Shown: positions 1 to 8,744 of the stretch, piece after piece
Numbering within the stretch: the first letter of the stretch is position 1
How the letters are laid out: the number at the start of each line of letters is the position of its first letter
NCBI GenBank assembly: GCA_964626685.1
Contig: CAZVJY010000001.1
Span: 173,881 to 237,880 of the forward strand
From: an uncultured Flavobacteriaceae bacterium
GTDB lineage: Bacteria > Bacteroidota > Bacteroidia > NS11-12g > UBA955
DNA: 64,000 nucleotides
Reading direction: 5' to 3'
Position numbers and translations under genes: made by a program
The notes under the pieces: generated by a model
Databases searched by the model: none
Told to the model about the DNA's origin: nothing
Seen by the model: only the letters and a program-made list of their open reading frames with translations

Positions 1-2
1 GT

Positions 3-491
3 CACGCTCTAAACCCAGAAACGCCGCGTTTGTCAGGCTGGTGGGGCTACCGCGAAGACAAACGCTTTCTGATGCAGCGCGGTTACGAACCCGAACCCGG
101 CGCGGCAGGCTGGCAATTATCCAATGCGCCCGTATTCGGCATGGCCGTTCACGCCGCCAGCCTGGATATTTTCCACCGTGCGGGCATGCAAAATTTGGCA
201 GACAAGAGCCAAAAACTCACCGGATACCTGGATTTCATTCTAAAAGACTGTCGAAATCAGAACCCAAGTTTGCGATTCAGCATCATTACACCTGACAACG
301 AGCGCGGCTGTCAGATAAGCTTATTGACAGATGAAAACGGGAAAAAACTTTTTGAACACCTGACAAAACAGGGCATTGTGGCCGACTGGCGTGAACCCAA
401 TGTCATTCGGATGGCACCGGTGCCTTTGTACAACAGCTTCACTGATGTTTGGAAGCTGGGTCAGGCACTGCTTGATTTCAGGATTTTTTAG
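3..491 (+). CDS. kynU: Kynureninase, C-terminal part (truncated by window start)
   Basis: PRLSGWWG...RFLM...GAAGWQLSNAP, RGCQIS and DWREPNVIRMAPVPLYNSF motifs; frame is open to the window edge. Confidence 0.9.
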   Translation, partial: HALNPETPRLSGWWGYREDKRFLMQRGYEPEPGAAGWQLSNAPVFGMAVHAASLDIFHRAGMQNLADKSQKLTGYLDFILKDCRNQNPSLRFSIITPDNERGCQISLLTDENGKKLFEHLTKQGIVADWREPNVIRMAPVPLYNSFTDVWKLGQALLDFRIF

Positions 492-1371
492 CCCGAAACT
501 GCTTCTTCCACAACTGTTTAACCATACCATCCTTGAGACCCACATTCGGGGCATAAATCTCATGGATATGACACTGTTCCATTATTTGAATAAAAATATT
601 ACCGGCATGGTTGATCACCTCCGCCCTGTCGGGATTTAGCTTCAGCTCATAAACCCTGTCGTGATGGTTAAGTGATTCAATATATGCATTGGTGCTTTTC
701 AGATGGTGCAAGTTCATCGCCTCTCGTGAGGCTGTGCCGGCAAGGGCATGTAACTTTACGATATTACCGCCGGTACCAATTGCCTTGACGGATTCATCGG
801 GTAGAAATGGCAACTCTGAGAGCCATTTGAGCATACGCTGGGTTTCGGATGCCTTAACTTTGCCCTCCCTTATGCGCACGGTCCCGATATTAAAACTCTC
901 GTATTGTTTTGTTTTACCGTTGCGGATTAAACTGATCTCGGTGCTGCCTCCACCCACATCAATATGAAGGAAAGTGCTTTTGCCCGGCAGGCTGTCCAGA
1001 ATGGCAGCCTGTACAAGCCTGCTTTCCTCTTTACCTGAAATGATATCAATTTTCAAACCCGTGATTTTTCGGATGTCCTTAGCCAGTTTTTCACCGTTTT
1101 CGGCATCTCTCATTGCGCTGGTAGCACAAACACGCACAGCGTCAACATTATAAATCTCCATGAGCAGTGCAAACGACTGCATGGCTTTCAATAGCAAATC
1201 CGATTTTTTTCGGCCGATTTCCTTATCCTTGAACACGTCATCACCCAGACGCAGCGGCAACCTGGTAAACTCAACCTGCTTAAAATCCGTATCCGGCAAA
1301 TCTTCATGCAGCGGCCGTGCTATATACAACCTTACGGCATTGGACCCAATGTCTATGGCAGCAATTTTCAC
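478..1371 (-). CDS. ppx: Ppx/GppA family exopolyphosphatase
   Basis: IDIGSNAVRL, ATSAMRDAEN, IDVGGGSTE, GTGGN and GLKDG ASKHA motifs. Confidence 0.88.
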   Translation of the reverse strand: MKIAAIDIGSNAVRLYIARPLHEDLPDTDFKQVEFTRLPLRLGDDVFKDKEIGRKKSDLLLKAMQSFALLMEIYNVDAVRVCATSAMRDAENGEKLAKDIRKITGLKIDIISGKEESRLVQAAILDSLPGKSTFLHIDVGGGSTEISLIRNGKTKQYESFNIGTVRIREGKVKASETQRMLKWLSELPFLPDESVKAIGTGGNIVKLHALAGTASREAMNLHHLKSTNAYIESLNHHDRVYELKLNPDRAEVINHAGNIFIQIMEQCHIHEIYAPNVGLKDGMVKQLWKKQFRAKKS

Positions 1372-1500
1372 CCCTGCAATTTAAAAGAGTCTGTAAAATC
1401 ATTTACATCATGTTGCCCACATTCTGTTCTCTTTTTAGGTCAATAAAATAGCTATAAAAATTAAACGCTTTAAAAAGTTGTTGTTGTTTTTTCATTGAGA

Positions 1501-1518
1501 TAGTGTACATTTGACACA
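1501..1518. promoter_or_regulatory. NrtR-type operator TAGTGT-acatttg-ACACA overlapping the susC -7 promoter element TACATTTG (1506-1513)
   Basis: GT-N7-AC palindrome 12 bp upstream of the susC ATG; same core at 15028, 15839 and 19188. Confidence 0.75.
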
Positions 1519-1530
1519 CCGAGTTTCTTT

Positions 1531-4500
1531 ATGAAAAAACACATACCCATTCTTTTGATTCTGTTTTTTTCGGGAATAATTCCTGTACTGGCGCAGAATC
1601 CAACCCTTACCGGCAAGGTAAAGAATCAAAGCGGCAAAGCCGTGGAAGGTGCTATTATCAAGACTTCTACCGGTGAAACCGCCGCAACTTCAGATGTGAA
1701 CGGCAATTTTTCCATTGTACTGCCTGTTGGGAATCACACACTAACCATCTCGGCGAAAGATTACCAGGAAATCACCGAAACCGTGAGTGTAAAACCGGGA
1801 CAGACTATCCTTCCCGATATCACCCTAAATCCAACATCTGATGTGGGTGAAGTGGTAATTATCGGTTACGGCACCACCACCAAACGCGATCTTACCGGCT
1901 CAGTAACTTCACTGAAAGGGGCCGATGTACAGGACATGCCCACACCCAGTTTTGAAGCAGCCATACAGGGTAAGGCACCCGGTGTGCAGATTACCACTGG
2001 AAGCGGTGTGGCGGGTTCAGGCACACTGGTACGCATTCGCGGTGTAGCCTCTATTTCGGCCGCAGGTGATCCGCTTTACATTGTGGATGGTATTCCCATC
2101 TCTCAGAATTACTTCGTAAATGGCAATAATGGGGGCTTCAACAACAACCCGCTTGCCACGCTAAACCCCGAGGATATTGAATCCATAGAAATATTAAAAG
2201 ATGCCGCTGCCACATCCATTTATGGTTCGCGCGGCTCAAACGGTGTAATTTTAATTTCCACCAAGCGTGCCAAAAAAAGCGGTTTGAAATTTGATTTCAC
2301 CTCCCGTGTCGGTACATCACAGCCTACATTCCGCCCACAAATGCTAAACAGCAAGCAATTTCTTCAGCTGTATCAGGAAGCCTGGGAAAATGATGGCGGA
2401 ACCGGCCGCGCTCCACTCCCCAACAATATATCCTGGGAAGAAGCAGAAAAAACCAATACCGACTGGATAGATGAAACTATGGGTATGGGCATCAAACAGA
2501 TGTATTCTTTGGGAACCACCTACCGCAAAAACAAGCTGGGGGCTTATCTTGGTCTAACTTACGACAACAACGGAAGTTTTGTTATCGGAAGCCGCTACAA
2601 GCGCAGTTCTGCCCGTTTGAATGTGGATTATGAACCTATCAAAAACCTGACCCTGAATTTGAGCTCATCCTATACACAAGGTATCAATAATCGTGTGGAC
2701 GGTGCATGGAGCGGTGGCTTTGGAGCGGCTATGAGTACTGCCCTCCCGATCTATCCTGTATATGATACTTCGGGCAACTTCTGGAGGCCCGGCGCAGGAA
2801 GCCTCAATCCGGTGGCTGTCCGCAATCTGAAAGACTGGAGAACTACAGAAAACCGGACCATCAACAACTTCAAGGCTTCCTACAAAATTTCAGACAAATG
2901 GGTAGTATCTGCTTTTGCTGCAATGGATAACATGGACTTCTTTGAAGACATTTACGAGCCAAAAGCCCTGATCAACACCAACCATGCAGGGATTGCAAAA
3001 CGTTCACCACGCAGCACGTTCAACTACAACTATAACCTGATTACAAACTACAACATCCTCAACACCGAAAAACAAACGCTGGATGCGATGGTGGGTACAG
3101 AATTTCAGAAATCCATCGTAAGATCCAGCTATATAGAAGTGAGCGATATGAGTCACGGGCTTCATAAAGGCGAACAGGGCGGTGCCGCTTCTACCCGATT
3201 GGAACGGAAAAATGCCACCGAAGCCTTCGCTTTTGCTTCCTACTTCCTCCGTATGAACTACAAACTGCAAAACAAATACATTCTGCAGTTTACTATGAGA
3301 ACGGACGGATCCTCTCGTTTCGGTCCCAATAATGCCTATGGTTTCTTCCCGGCCGTATCTGGTGCATGGGTAGTGAGCGATGAGAACTTCATGCGCAACT
3401 TCCGCCGCAACAACTTCCTGAAAGTGAAAGCCGGTTTTGGCCGCACCGGAAACACCCCGAATGAAAATTATGCGTGGCGTGGTACTTTTACCCCACCTCA
3501 GAATTCTTTTGGATACAATGGCTTACCAAGCATTTTCCCCACCCGTTTGGAAAACCCCGATCTGAAATGGGAAACCTCCGATGTGCTTGACGTTACCTTA
3601 GAAGGCGGCCTGATGAAAAACCGCATTACCTGGGAACTTTCATATTACAACAAAACCACCAACGGTGTAATCCTGGACCTTGCTGTGCCTCGCTCACTCG
3701 GATTCTCGTCATACTATGACAACGTGGGTGCGGTTCGCAACACCGGTATTGAATTTTCGTTTACCTCAAGAAATATCGTTAAAAAACTGTTCTCCTGGAC
3801 CACCCAGTTCAACATTGCCAGAAACTACAACGAGATCCTGAATATTGGTGTTTACACCCAGGATGCCGTATCTGGCGGCACCAACGATACCCGTGTGGTG
3901 GTAGGACAGCCGATTGGCACCAACTACCTGGTGCGCTTTTCACATGTTGACCCCGCAACTGGAAGACCTGTTTATCTTGACAGAAACGGCAATGAAACCT
4001 TTACCTGGACCAACAATGATCGCGTAGCGGTGGGTAGCGTACTGCCCAAAGCTGTGGGTGGATTAACCAACAACTTCACCTGGAAAAACTGGAACCTCAG
4101 CTGCCTGTTCGTTTATAAAATTGGCGGCAACATCTATAATTCCAGTGGAAAGCGCCAGAATGGTGTGGTTACTGACTGGAACATGACCACAGACTACTTC
4201 GACCGCTGGCAGCAACCCGGCGATGTGGCCAAATACCCAAAATTGTCTATGCAAACCAATCAGTACGGATTGCCTCCTGATCCTTTCCAGTATAACACCA
4301 CTTTGTTCTTGGAAGATGGAAGCTATCTGCGTTTGCGCAACCTCTCTATCGGCTACCGCATTCCTGCCAAATGGTTTGGAAAGGCCATTCAATCCAGCCG
4401 CATCATCTTCACCGGTACCAACCTGCTAACCTTTACCAAATTCACCGGTGGCGATCCTGAAATTGCCCGCGATTTCGAAAATCCGGCCGACAGAAACATG

Positions 4501-4572
4501 AGCTCGAATATCACCTACCTGACCGCACCTCAGGAAAAGTCTTACAACCTAACCCTTAATCTCACCTTCTGA
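1531..4572 (+). CDS. susC: SusC/RagA TonB-dependent outer-membrane transporter
   Basis: Signal peptide, VVIIGYG, LKDAAATSIYGSRGSNGVILISTK SusC signature, NPDLKWET, C-terminal LNLTF. Confidence 0.95.
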   Translation: MKKHIPILLILFFSGIIPVLAQNPTLTGKVKNQSGKAVEGAIIKTSTGETAATSDVNGNFSIVLPVGNHTLTISAKDYQEITETVSVKPGQTILPDITLNPTSDVGEVVIIGYGTTTKRDLTGSVTSLKGADVQDMPTPSFEAAIQGKAPGVQITTGSGVAGSGTLVRIRGVASISAAGDPLYIVDGIPISQNYFVNGNNGGFNNNPLATLNPEDIESIEILKDAAATSIYGSRGSNGVILISTKRAKKSGLKFDFTSRVGTSQPTFRPQMLNSKQFLQLYQEAWENDGGTGRAPLPNNISWEEAEKTNTDWIDETMGMGIKQMYSLGTTYRKNKLGAYLGLTYDNNGSFVIGSRYKRSSARLNVDYEPIKNLTLNLSSSYTQGINNRVDGAWSGGFGAAMSTALPIYPVYDTSGNFWRPGAGSLNPVAVRNLKDWRTTENRTINNFKASYKISDKWVVSAFAAMDNMDFFEDIYEPKALINTNHAGIAKRSPRSTFNYNYNLITNYNILNTEKQTLDAMVGTEFQKSIVRSSYIEVSDMSHGLHKGEQGGAASTRLERKNATEAFAFASYFLRMNYKLQNKYILQFTMRTDGSSRFGPNNAYGFFPAVSGAWVVSDENFMRNFRRNNFLKVKAGFGRTGNTPNENYAWRGTFTPPQNSFGYNGLPSIFPTRLENPDLKWETSDVLDVTLEGGLMKNRITWELSYYNKTTNGVILDLAVPRSLGFSSYYDNVGAVRNTGIEFSFTSRNIVKKLFSWTTQFNIARNYNEILNIGVYTQDAVSGGTNDTRVVVGQPIGTNYLVRFSHVDPATGRPVYLDRNGNETFTWTNNDRVAVGSVLPKAVGGLTNNFTWKNWNLSCLFVYKIGGNIYNSSGKRQNGVVTDWNMTTDYFDRWQQPGDVAKYPKLSMQTNQYGLPPDPFQYNTTLFLEDGSYLRLRNLSIGYRIPAKWFGKAIQSSRIIFTGTNLLTFTKFTGGDPEIARDFENPADRNMSSNITYLTAPQEKSYNLTLNLTF

Positions 4573-5957
4573 TGAAAAACATGCTAAAAACATATGCCAT
4601 AGCTGCAGCCATCGGTATCAGCGCTATTGGGGTTTCCTGCAAAAAAATGCTGGATCTGAAACCCGAAAATTTAACCCTGGCTGAGGACGCCCTTAAGACC
4701 ACGGCCGATGTTCAGGCCTTGCTGAATTCATGCTACGACGAATTTGCCAACCTCATGAATGGCTCGGTACAAAACATTCACGAACTGCTGGGTGAAAATG
4801 TGGCACAGCCTCAGAACTCAGCAGGAAGCCTGTATTATACCATCTGGAACCGTGGTACTTTCTCGTTCAGAACCGCAGACCGAGAATACCTGGATTTTTA
4901 CAACTGCATACTCCGCATCAATACCATTTTTGAACGTATTGACGCTGTTTCGGATATGACTCCGGAGAATAAAAAGCGAATTCTGGCAGAAGGGCGATTC
5001 CTGAGGGCATGGTGCCACTGGGAGCTTGTAAAATTGTGGGCCCAGCCTTTCGGTTATACTGCTGACAATTCTCATCCCGGTGTGCCCATTCGCCTGAAAG
5101 CCGACAAAACCATAGAACTGAGAGCCAGTGTAGGTGCGGTTTACAATCAGGTTCTCGCAGATCTGGATGCTGCCATTGCAGATTTGCCTGCCAGCAATAA
5201 CAATTATGCAAACGCAGCCGCAGGAAAAGCTCTCAAGGCCAAGGTGCTTTTCATGATGAACGATTTCAGCGGTGCACAAACTTTAGCCGATGAGATCATT
5301 AACAGCGGAACCTACACCTTCTCTGACTCATTTTCGCGCTTTGTAAAAGGTGCCCCTGAAGAAATCATCTTCCAGCTAATCAGCACAGGTAACAGTGACA
5401 ACCGCGGCAGCTCATTCATCAATAACTACCGCTCGGACAACAACCCCAATCCCATTTTGAGACCTTCAGCCGCATTCGCTGCTGTTGCCATGCAGGGCCA
5501 CGATTTGCGCAGCAAGTTTTATGAAGTGAAGAACAAGGGCAAAGCCAATGAATTCTATTTGTGTCACAAATTTGACAAAGATTTTTTCAATGTTCCCTTA
5601 ATTCACTTGTCAGATATATTGCTGATGAGGGCTGAGTGCATTGTTGAAAACGGTGGCGACAAAATCAAAGCCATTGCAGATGTGGACAAGATCAGAAAGC
5701 GCGCCTATGATACCAACTGGATTGCCATAGACCCGCTGATCAGCACAGCTGCCCTGAAAGACTCCATCCGTCACCAGCGCCGTCTAGAACTGGCTTTTGA
5801 AGGAGACTGGACACTGCAGCTGCGCAGAAGAGGTGCCAAAGGAGAGAATATTAAAATCAGAAACAGCGATTGGAACTGCCCCGGCATGCTGATACAGTTT
5901 CCCCAAAGCGAAAACACGGCAGGATTTATCTTTAACACTGAAGGAGGATGCAACTAA
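4572..5957 (+). CDS. susD: SusD/RagB family lipoprotein
   Basis: Lipobox GVSC, AEGRFLRAW, ALKAKVLF, RRLELAFEGD; translationally coupled to susC. Confidence 0.9.
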   Translation: MKNMLKTYAIAAAIGISAIGVSCKKMLDLKPENLTLAEDALKTTADVQALLNSCYDEFANLMNGSVQNIHELLGENVAQPQNSAGSLYYTIWNRGTFSFRTADREYLDFYNCILRINTIFERIDAVSDMTPENKKRILAEGRFLRAWCHWELVKLWAQPFGYTADNSHPGVPIRLKADKTIELRASVGAVYNQVLADLDAAIADLPASNNNYANAAAGKALKAKVLFMMNDFSGAQTLADEIINSGTYTFSDSFSRFVKGAPEEIIFQLISTGNSDNRGSSFINNYRSDNNPNPILRPSAAFAAVAMQGHDLRSKFYEVKNKGKANEFYLCHKFDKDFFNVPLIHLSDILLMRAECIVENGGDKIKAIADVDKIRKRAYDTNWIAIDPLISTAALKDSIRHQRRLELAFEGDWTLQLRRRGAKGENIKIRNSDWNCPGMLIQFPQSENTAGFIFNTEGGCN

Positions 5958-6424
5958 TGAAAAATATGTTTATCACGGCCGCAGTGGCATTCCTGCTAGT
6001 GCTGCCAGCCTGTAAGAAAAACAACCTTGAACTCAACGATGCTTCCAGCAAACTGGAAGGCATACAGGACGTGTGGGTGCTGGATGAAGTGAAACAGTTT
6101 GATCCCGCCAACAAAGACCTGGTACTGGATGTGACAGATGTTTTTAAAGGAGTTACACCCATTGAACTGAATGTAAATTCTAAGGATCTAACCTATGTGT
6201 TTAACCAGCCCAATCCCCTGTTTCTGGGAAGCAGCGGAACTTGGAAATTTGACGACAACAATTTCCCTACCCAGATAGAGATGACCGGCGATGCCGGTGT
6301 TCAAACCGTTAAGCTGCTCAGGACTGTAAGAACCGTAGATCAGAAACTCAGCATTCAGCTCACCCGCTACTGTGGTGGCGGAACCCCAAGTACCATCTAT
6401 CAATTTAGCTTTGTAAGAAAATGA
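5957..6424 (+). CDS. Small PUL lipoprotein (DUF5004/lipocalin-like)
   Basis: Lipobox LPAC, GxW and GTWKFDD beta-rich motifs; directly after susD; start taken at MKNMF. Confidence 0.6.
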   Translation: MKNMFITAAVAFLLVLPACKKNNLELNDASSKLEGIQDVWVLDEVKQFDPANKDLVLDVTDVFKGVTPIELNVNSKDLTYVFNQPNPLFLGSSGTWKFDDNNFPTQIEMTGDAGVQTVKLLRTVRTVDQKLSIQLTRYCGGGTPSTIYQFSFVRK

Positions 6425-7308
6425 AAAATAACTGGATTCAATATGTGGCCGTTGCCCTGGTAGGATTGTTTTCGGCCAATGCATACGGGCAGGCTGCTTA
6501 CCTCGATAAACCTGAAGAGTTTGATCCTACCAAGCCCTGCAAAATCATGGTAAACCTTAAGTTGACCAAAAATGACTGGGGAATTGTAGACATTGCCACC
6601 ACCGAAGATATGTATATCTGGACCTGGAAGCCCAAAGAACACCCTGCAGGTCACCCACTGGCAAACGGAATAGGCTCTCAGGCATGGAAAAGCAGCAATG
6701 ATGCTTTGAAAATGACCAAGGAATCTGAGGGTGTTTACAGTTTCACCATGATACCTACGGTATTCTACGAGTGTGATGCGGCCACGGTTTACAAAGAGGA
6801 CTTTCATTTTCTTGTTAAACCCAAAGACGGTGGCGGATACGGTGATCCGGATAAAAAAACGGAAGATCTGACCATTGCGGTGGATCCCCCCTCCGGTCCT
6901 GTGGTAAAAATTCAAACTGTACCCATCGGTAAAGGTTTGAAGAAAGACACCATGATTACCGCAACAGCGGATGTTTTCAGCGTGATATACAACAACAACG
7001 CCGAAGAAAAATTAACCATGCAGAATGCTACTGAATTGTATGTATATCCCATCGCATATGACTCGGCAGGAATGGCATACAAAATTGCCGCAAATGCGAA
7101 AAGAGCCGGAGATTTCCCTCAACTGAAGATGAAGCAGACAGCCAAAGGTATTTTCCAGTTCAGCATTATCCCCGAGAAGTTTTTCAATATACCCGCAGGT
7201 AAAAAAATCTACCGCATTGAATACCAGATTGTGAAACCCAACCTGGTAAACACCGATGACGCTATTGATGATAAAATGATTTATCAGTTTAACCAAGGCG
7301 GTTGCTAA
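6421..7308 (+). CDS. Secreted non-catalytic protein with two CBM98/DUF4961-like modules
   Basis: SpI signal (ANAYG-Q); LKMTKESEGVYSFTMIPTVFY and LKMKQTAKGIFQFSIIPEKFF resemble KMTYSGNNIYRIKIFIPTFY in the GH13 at 20636. Confidence 0.55.
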   Translation: MKNNWIQYVAVALVGLFSANAYGQAAYLDKPEEFDPTKPCKIMVNLKLTKNDWGIVDIATTEDMYIWTWKPKEHPAGHPLANGIGSQAWKSSNDALKMTKESEGVYSFTMIPTVFYECDAATVYKEDFHFLVKPKDGGGYGDPDKKTEDLTIAVDPPSGPVVKIQTVPIGKGLKKDTMITATADVFSVIYNNNAEEKLTMQNATELYVYPIAYDSAGMAYKIAANAKRAGDFPQLKMKQTAKGIFQFSIIPEKFFNIPAGKKIYRIEYQIVKPNLVNTDDAIDDKMIYQFNQGGC

Positions 7309-7316
7309 CAAAACTG

Positions 7317-7358
7317 AAGCATAAAAAAGGGCCGGAATTCCGGCCCTTTTTTATGCTT
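7317..7358. terminator. Bidirectional rho-independent terminator (perfect 42-bp palindrome)
   Basis: aagcataaaaaagggccggaa|ttccggcccttttttatgctt between convergent operons. Confidence 0.9.
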
Positions 7359-7366
7359 TTAACGCT

Positions 7367-8743
7367 TTACTTTCTTTGTATTACAAGATAACCCCACGGC
7401 GCTACCTTTTCATCCTTGTAGCATTCATTGCCCAGTAAAATTTTGCCTTTAGGTACCTTCACGGCAGGTTTAACAGCATCACCCCCCATATTCATATAGA
7501 TCCAAATGCAGTTTTTCTTTGATTTACGTTCAATCACAAGCTGATCTTTCCGTTTCGTCCGCAGGGCTTTCCATTGATTCAGTGCGGCAGAGGTACCCAA
7601 AGCAGGTTGTCCGGTGCGCAATTGGCACAACTGGCTATAGAAGGCAAAATAATCTTCATTGTCACGCATTTGCACCGTGTCTTTCTCGAAAAACCGCAAA
7701 CGTCGGTTGTTTCCGTATTCCTGGCCTGTATACAGTAAAGGAATACCGGGAGCTGTGAAGGTGTACACCGCCATCACCTTCCACGCCGGTCCCATGCGTT
7801 CAAACTCAGTACCGTTCCATGAGTTTTCATCGTGGTTGGTAATGAAATTCATCATGTATACGTTTGCAGGGAATTTTTTCATCTTTCGGGTCATCACACT
7901 GTCTATGTACCAGGTTGTTTTGGTTCCACGCGAAACTTGATTCAGCACGTGGTGCATTTCCCAGCCATAAAAGGCATTGAACGCTCCTTTAAACTGGCCC
8001 ATATCATGCTCCTCTGATTCTGCAAGCATAAAAATGGGTTTTACCTTCTCTATTTCTTTGCGTGCAGCATCCCAAAAATCAGCAGGAACACTCATGGCTA
8101 CATCGCAGCGAAAACCATCCATATCACACTGCTCTATCCAGAATTTCATATCCTGAATCATGGCTTTGCGCATTTCGGCGTTGCCATAGTTCAAATCGGC
8201 AACATCAGTCCAACCCATGCTATTGCCCTCTTCATTAAGCGGATCGGTAATATTGCCATTTTTGTCTTTTGTATACCATTCAGGATGGGCACTGATCCAA
8301 GGATGATCCCACGAAGTGTGATTTCCAACCCAGTCCAGGATTACCTTCATGCCCATACCATGGCATTCTTTCACCAACGCTTTAAATTCATCCATACTTC
8401 CAAAAAATGGATTCACCTTGGTGTAGTTGCTAATAGAATAAGGGCTGCCAAGATAACGGCCTCTCTCTGCCGGATTCGTGATATCCTCTACAAAAAGATC
8501 CCCTTTGGCTTTGCGTTTCTTTTCGCCGATAGGCTGCACGGGCATAAACCAAAGTACATTTACCCCCAGCTGCTTCAGCCTGGGTAAATCCCTGCTGAAC
8601 GCAGCAATGCTGCCTTCCGGGGTGTGATGACGAAGGTTAACTTCGTAAATAACAGGATTTTTTGGCCAGTCTGACGGCTGTGCCCATACCATAGGCAAAC
8701 CCAGTGACCATAAGGCTGCCAGAAGGATGATATTCTTTTTCAT
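7367..8743 (-). CDS. GH13 alpha-amylase family protein, secreted/periplasmic
   Basis: Signal peptide MKKNIILL...VWAQ; DWVGNHT, DGFRCDVA, LAESE, TNHDEN catalytic regions; start placed at 8743. Confidence 0.9.
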   Translation of the reverse strand: MKKNIILLAALWSLGLPMVWAQPSDWPKNPVIYEVNLRHHTPEGSIAAFSRDLPRLKQLGVNVLWFMPVQPIGEKKRKAKGDLFVEDITNPAERGRYLGSPYSISNYTKVNPFFGSMDEFKALVKECHGMGMKVILDWVGNHTSWDHPWISAHPEWYTKDKNGNITDPLNEEGNSMGWTDVADLNYGNAEMRKAMIQDMKFWIEQCDMDGFRCDVAMSVPADFWDAARKEIEKVKPIFMLAESEEHDMGQFKGAFNAFYGWEMHHVLNQVSRGTKTTWYIDSVMTRKMKKFPANVYMMNFITNHDENSWNGTEFERMGPAWKVMAVYTFTAPGIPLLYTGQEYGNNRRLRFFEKDTVQMRDNEDYFAFYSQLCQLRTGQPALGTSAALNQWKALRTKRKDQLVIERKSKKNCIWIYMNMGGDAVKPAVKVPKGKILLGNECYKDEKVAPWGYLVIQRK

Positions 8744-8744
8744 A

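Noticed and set aside
478-491. Convergent 3' overlaps (kynU/ppx, AI-2E/lnt, rlmN/GNAT)
   Set aside because: Short tail-to-tail overlaps are common in compact genomes.
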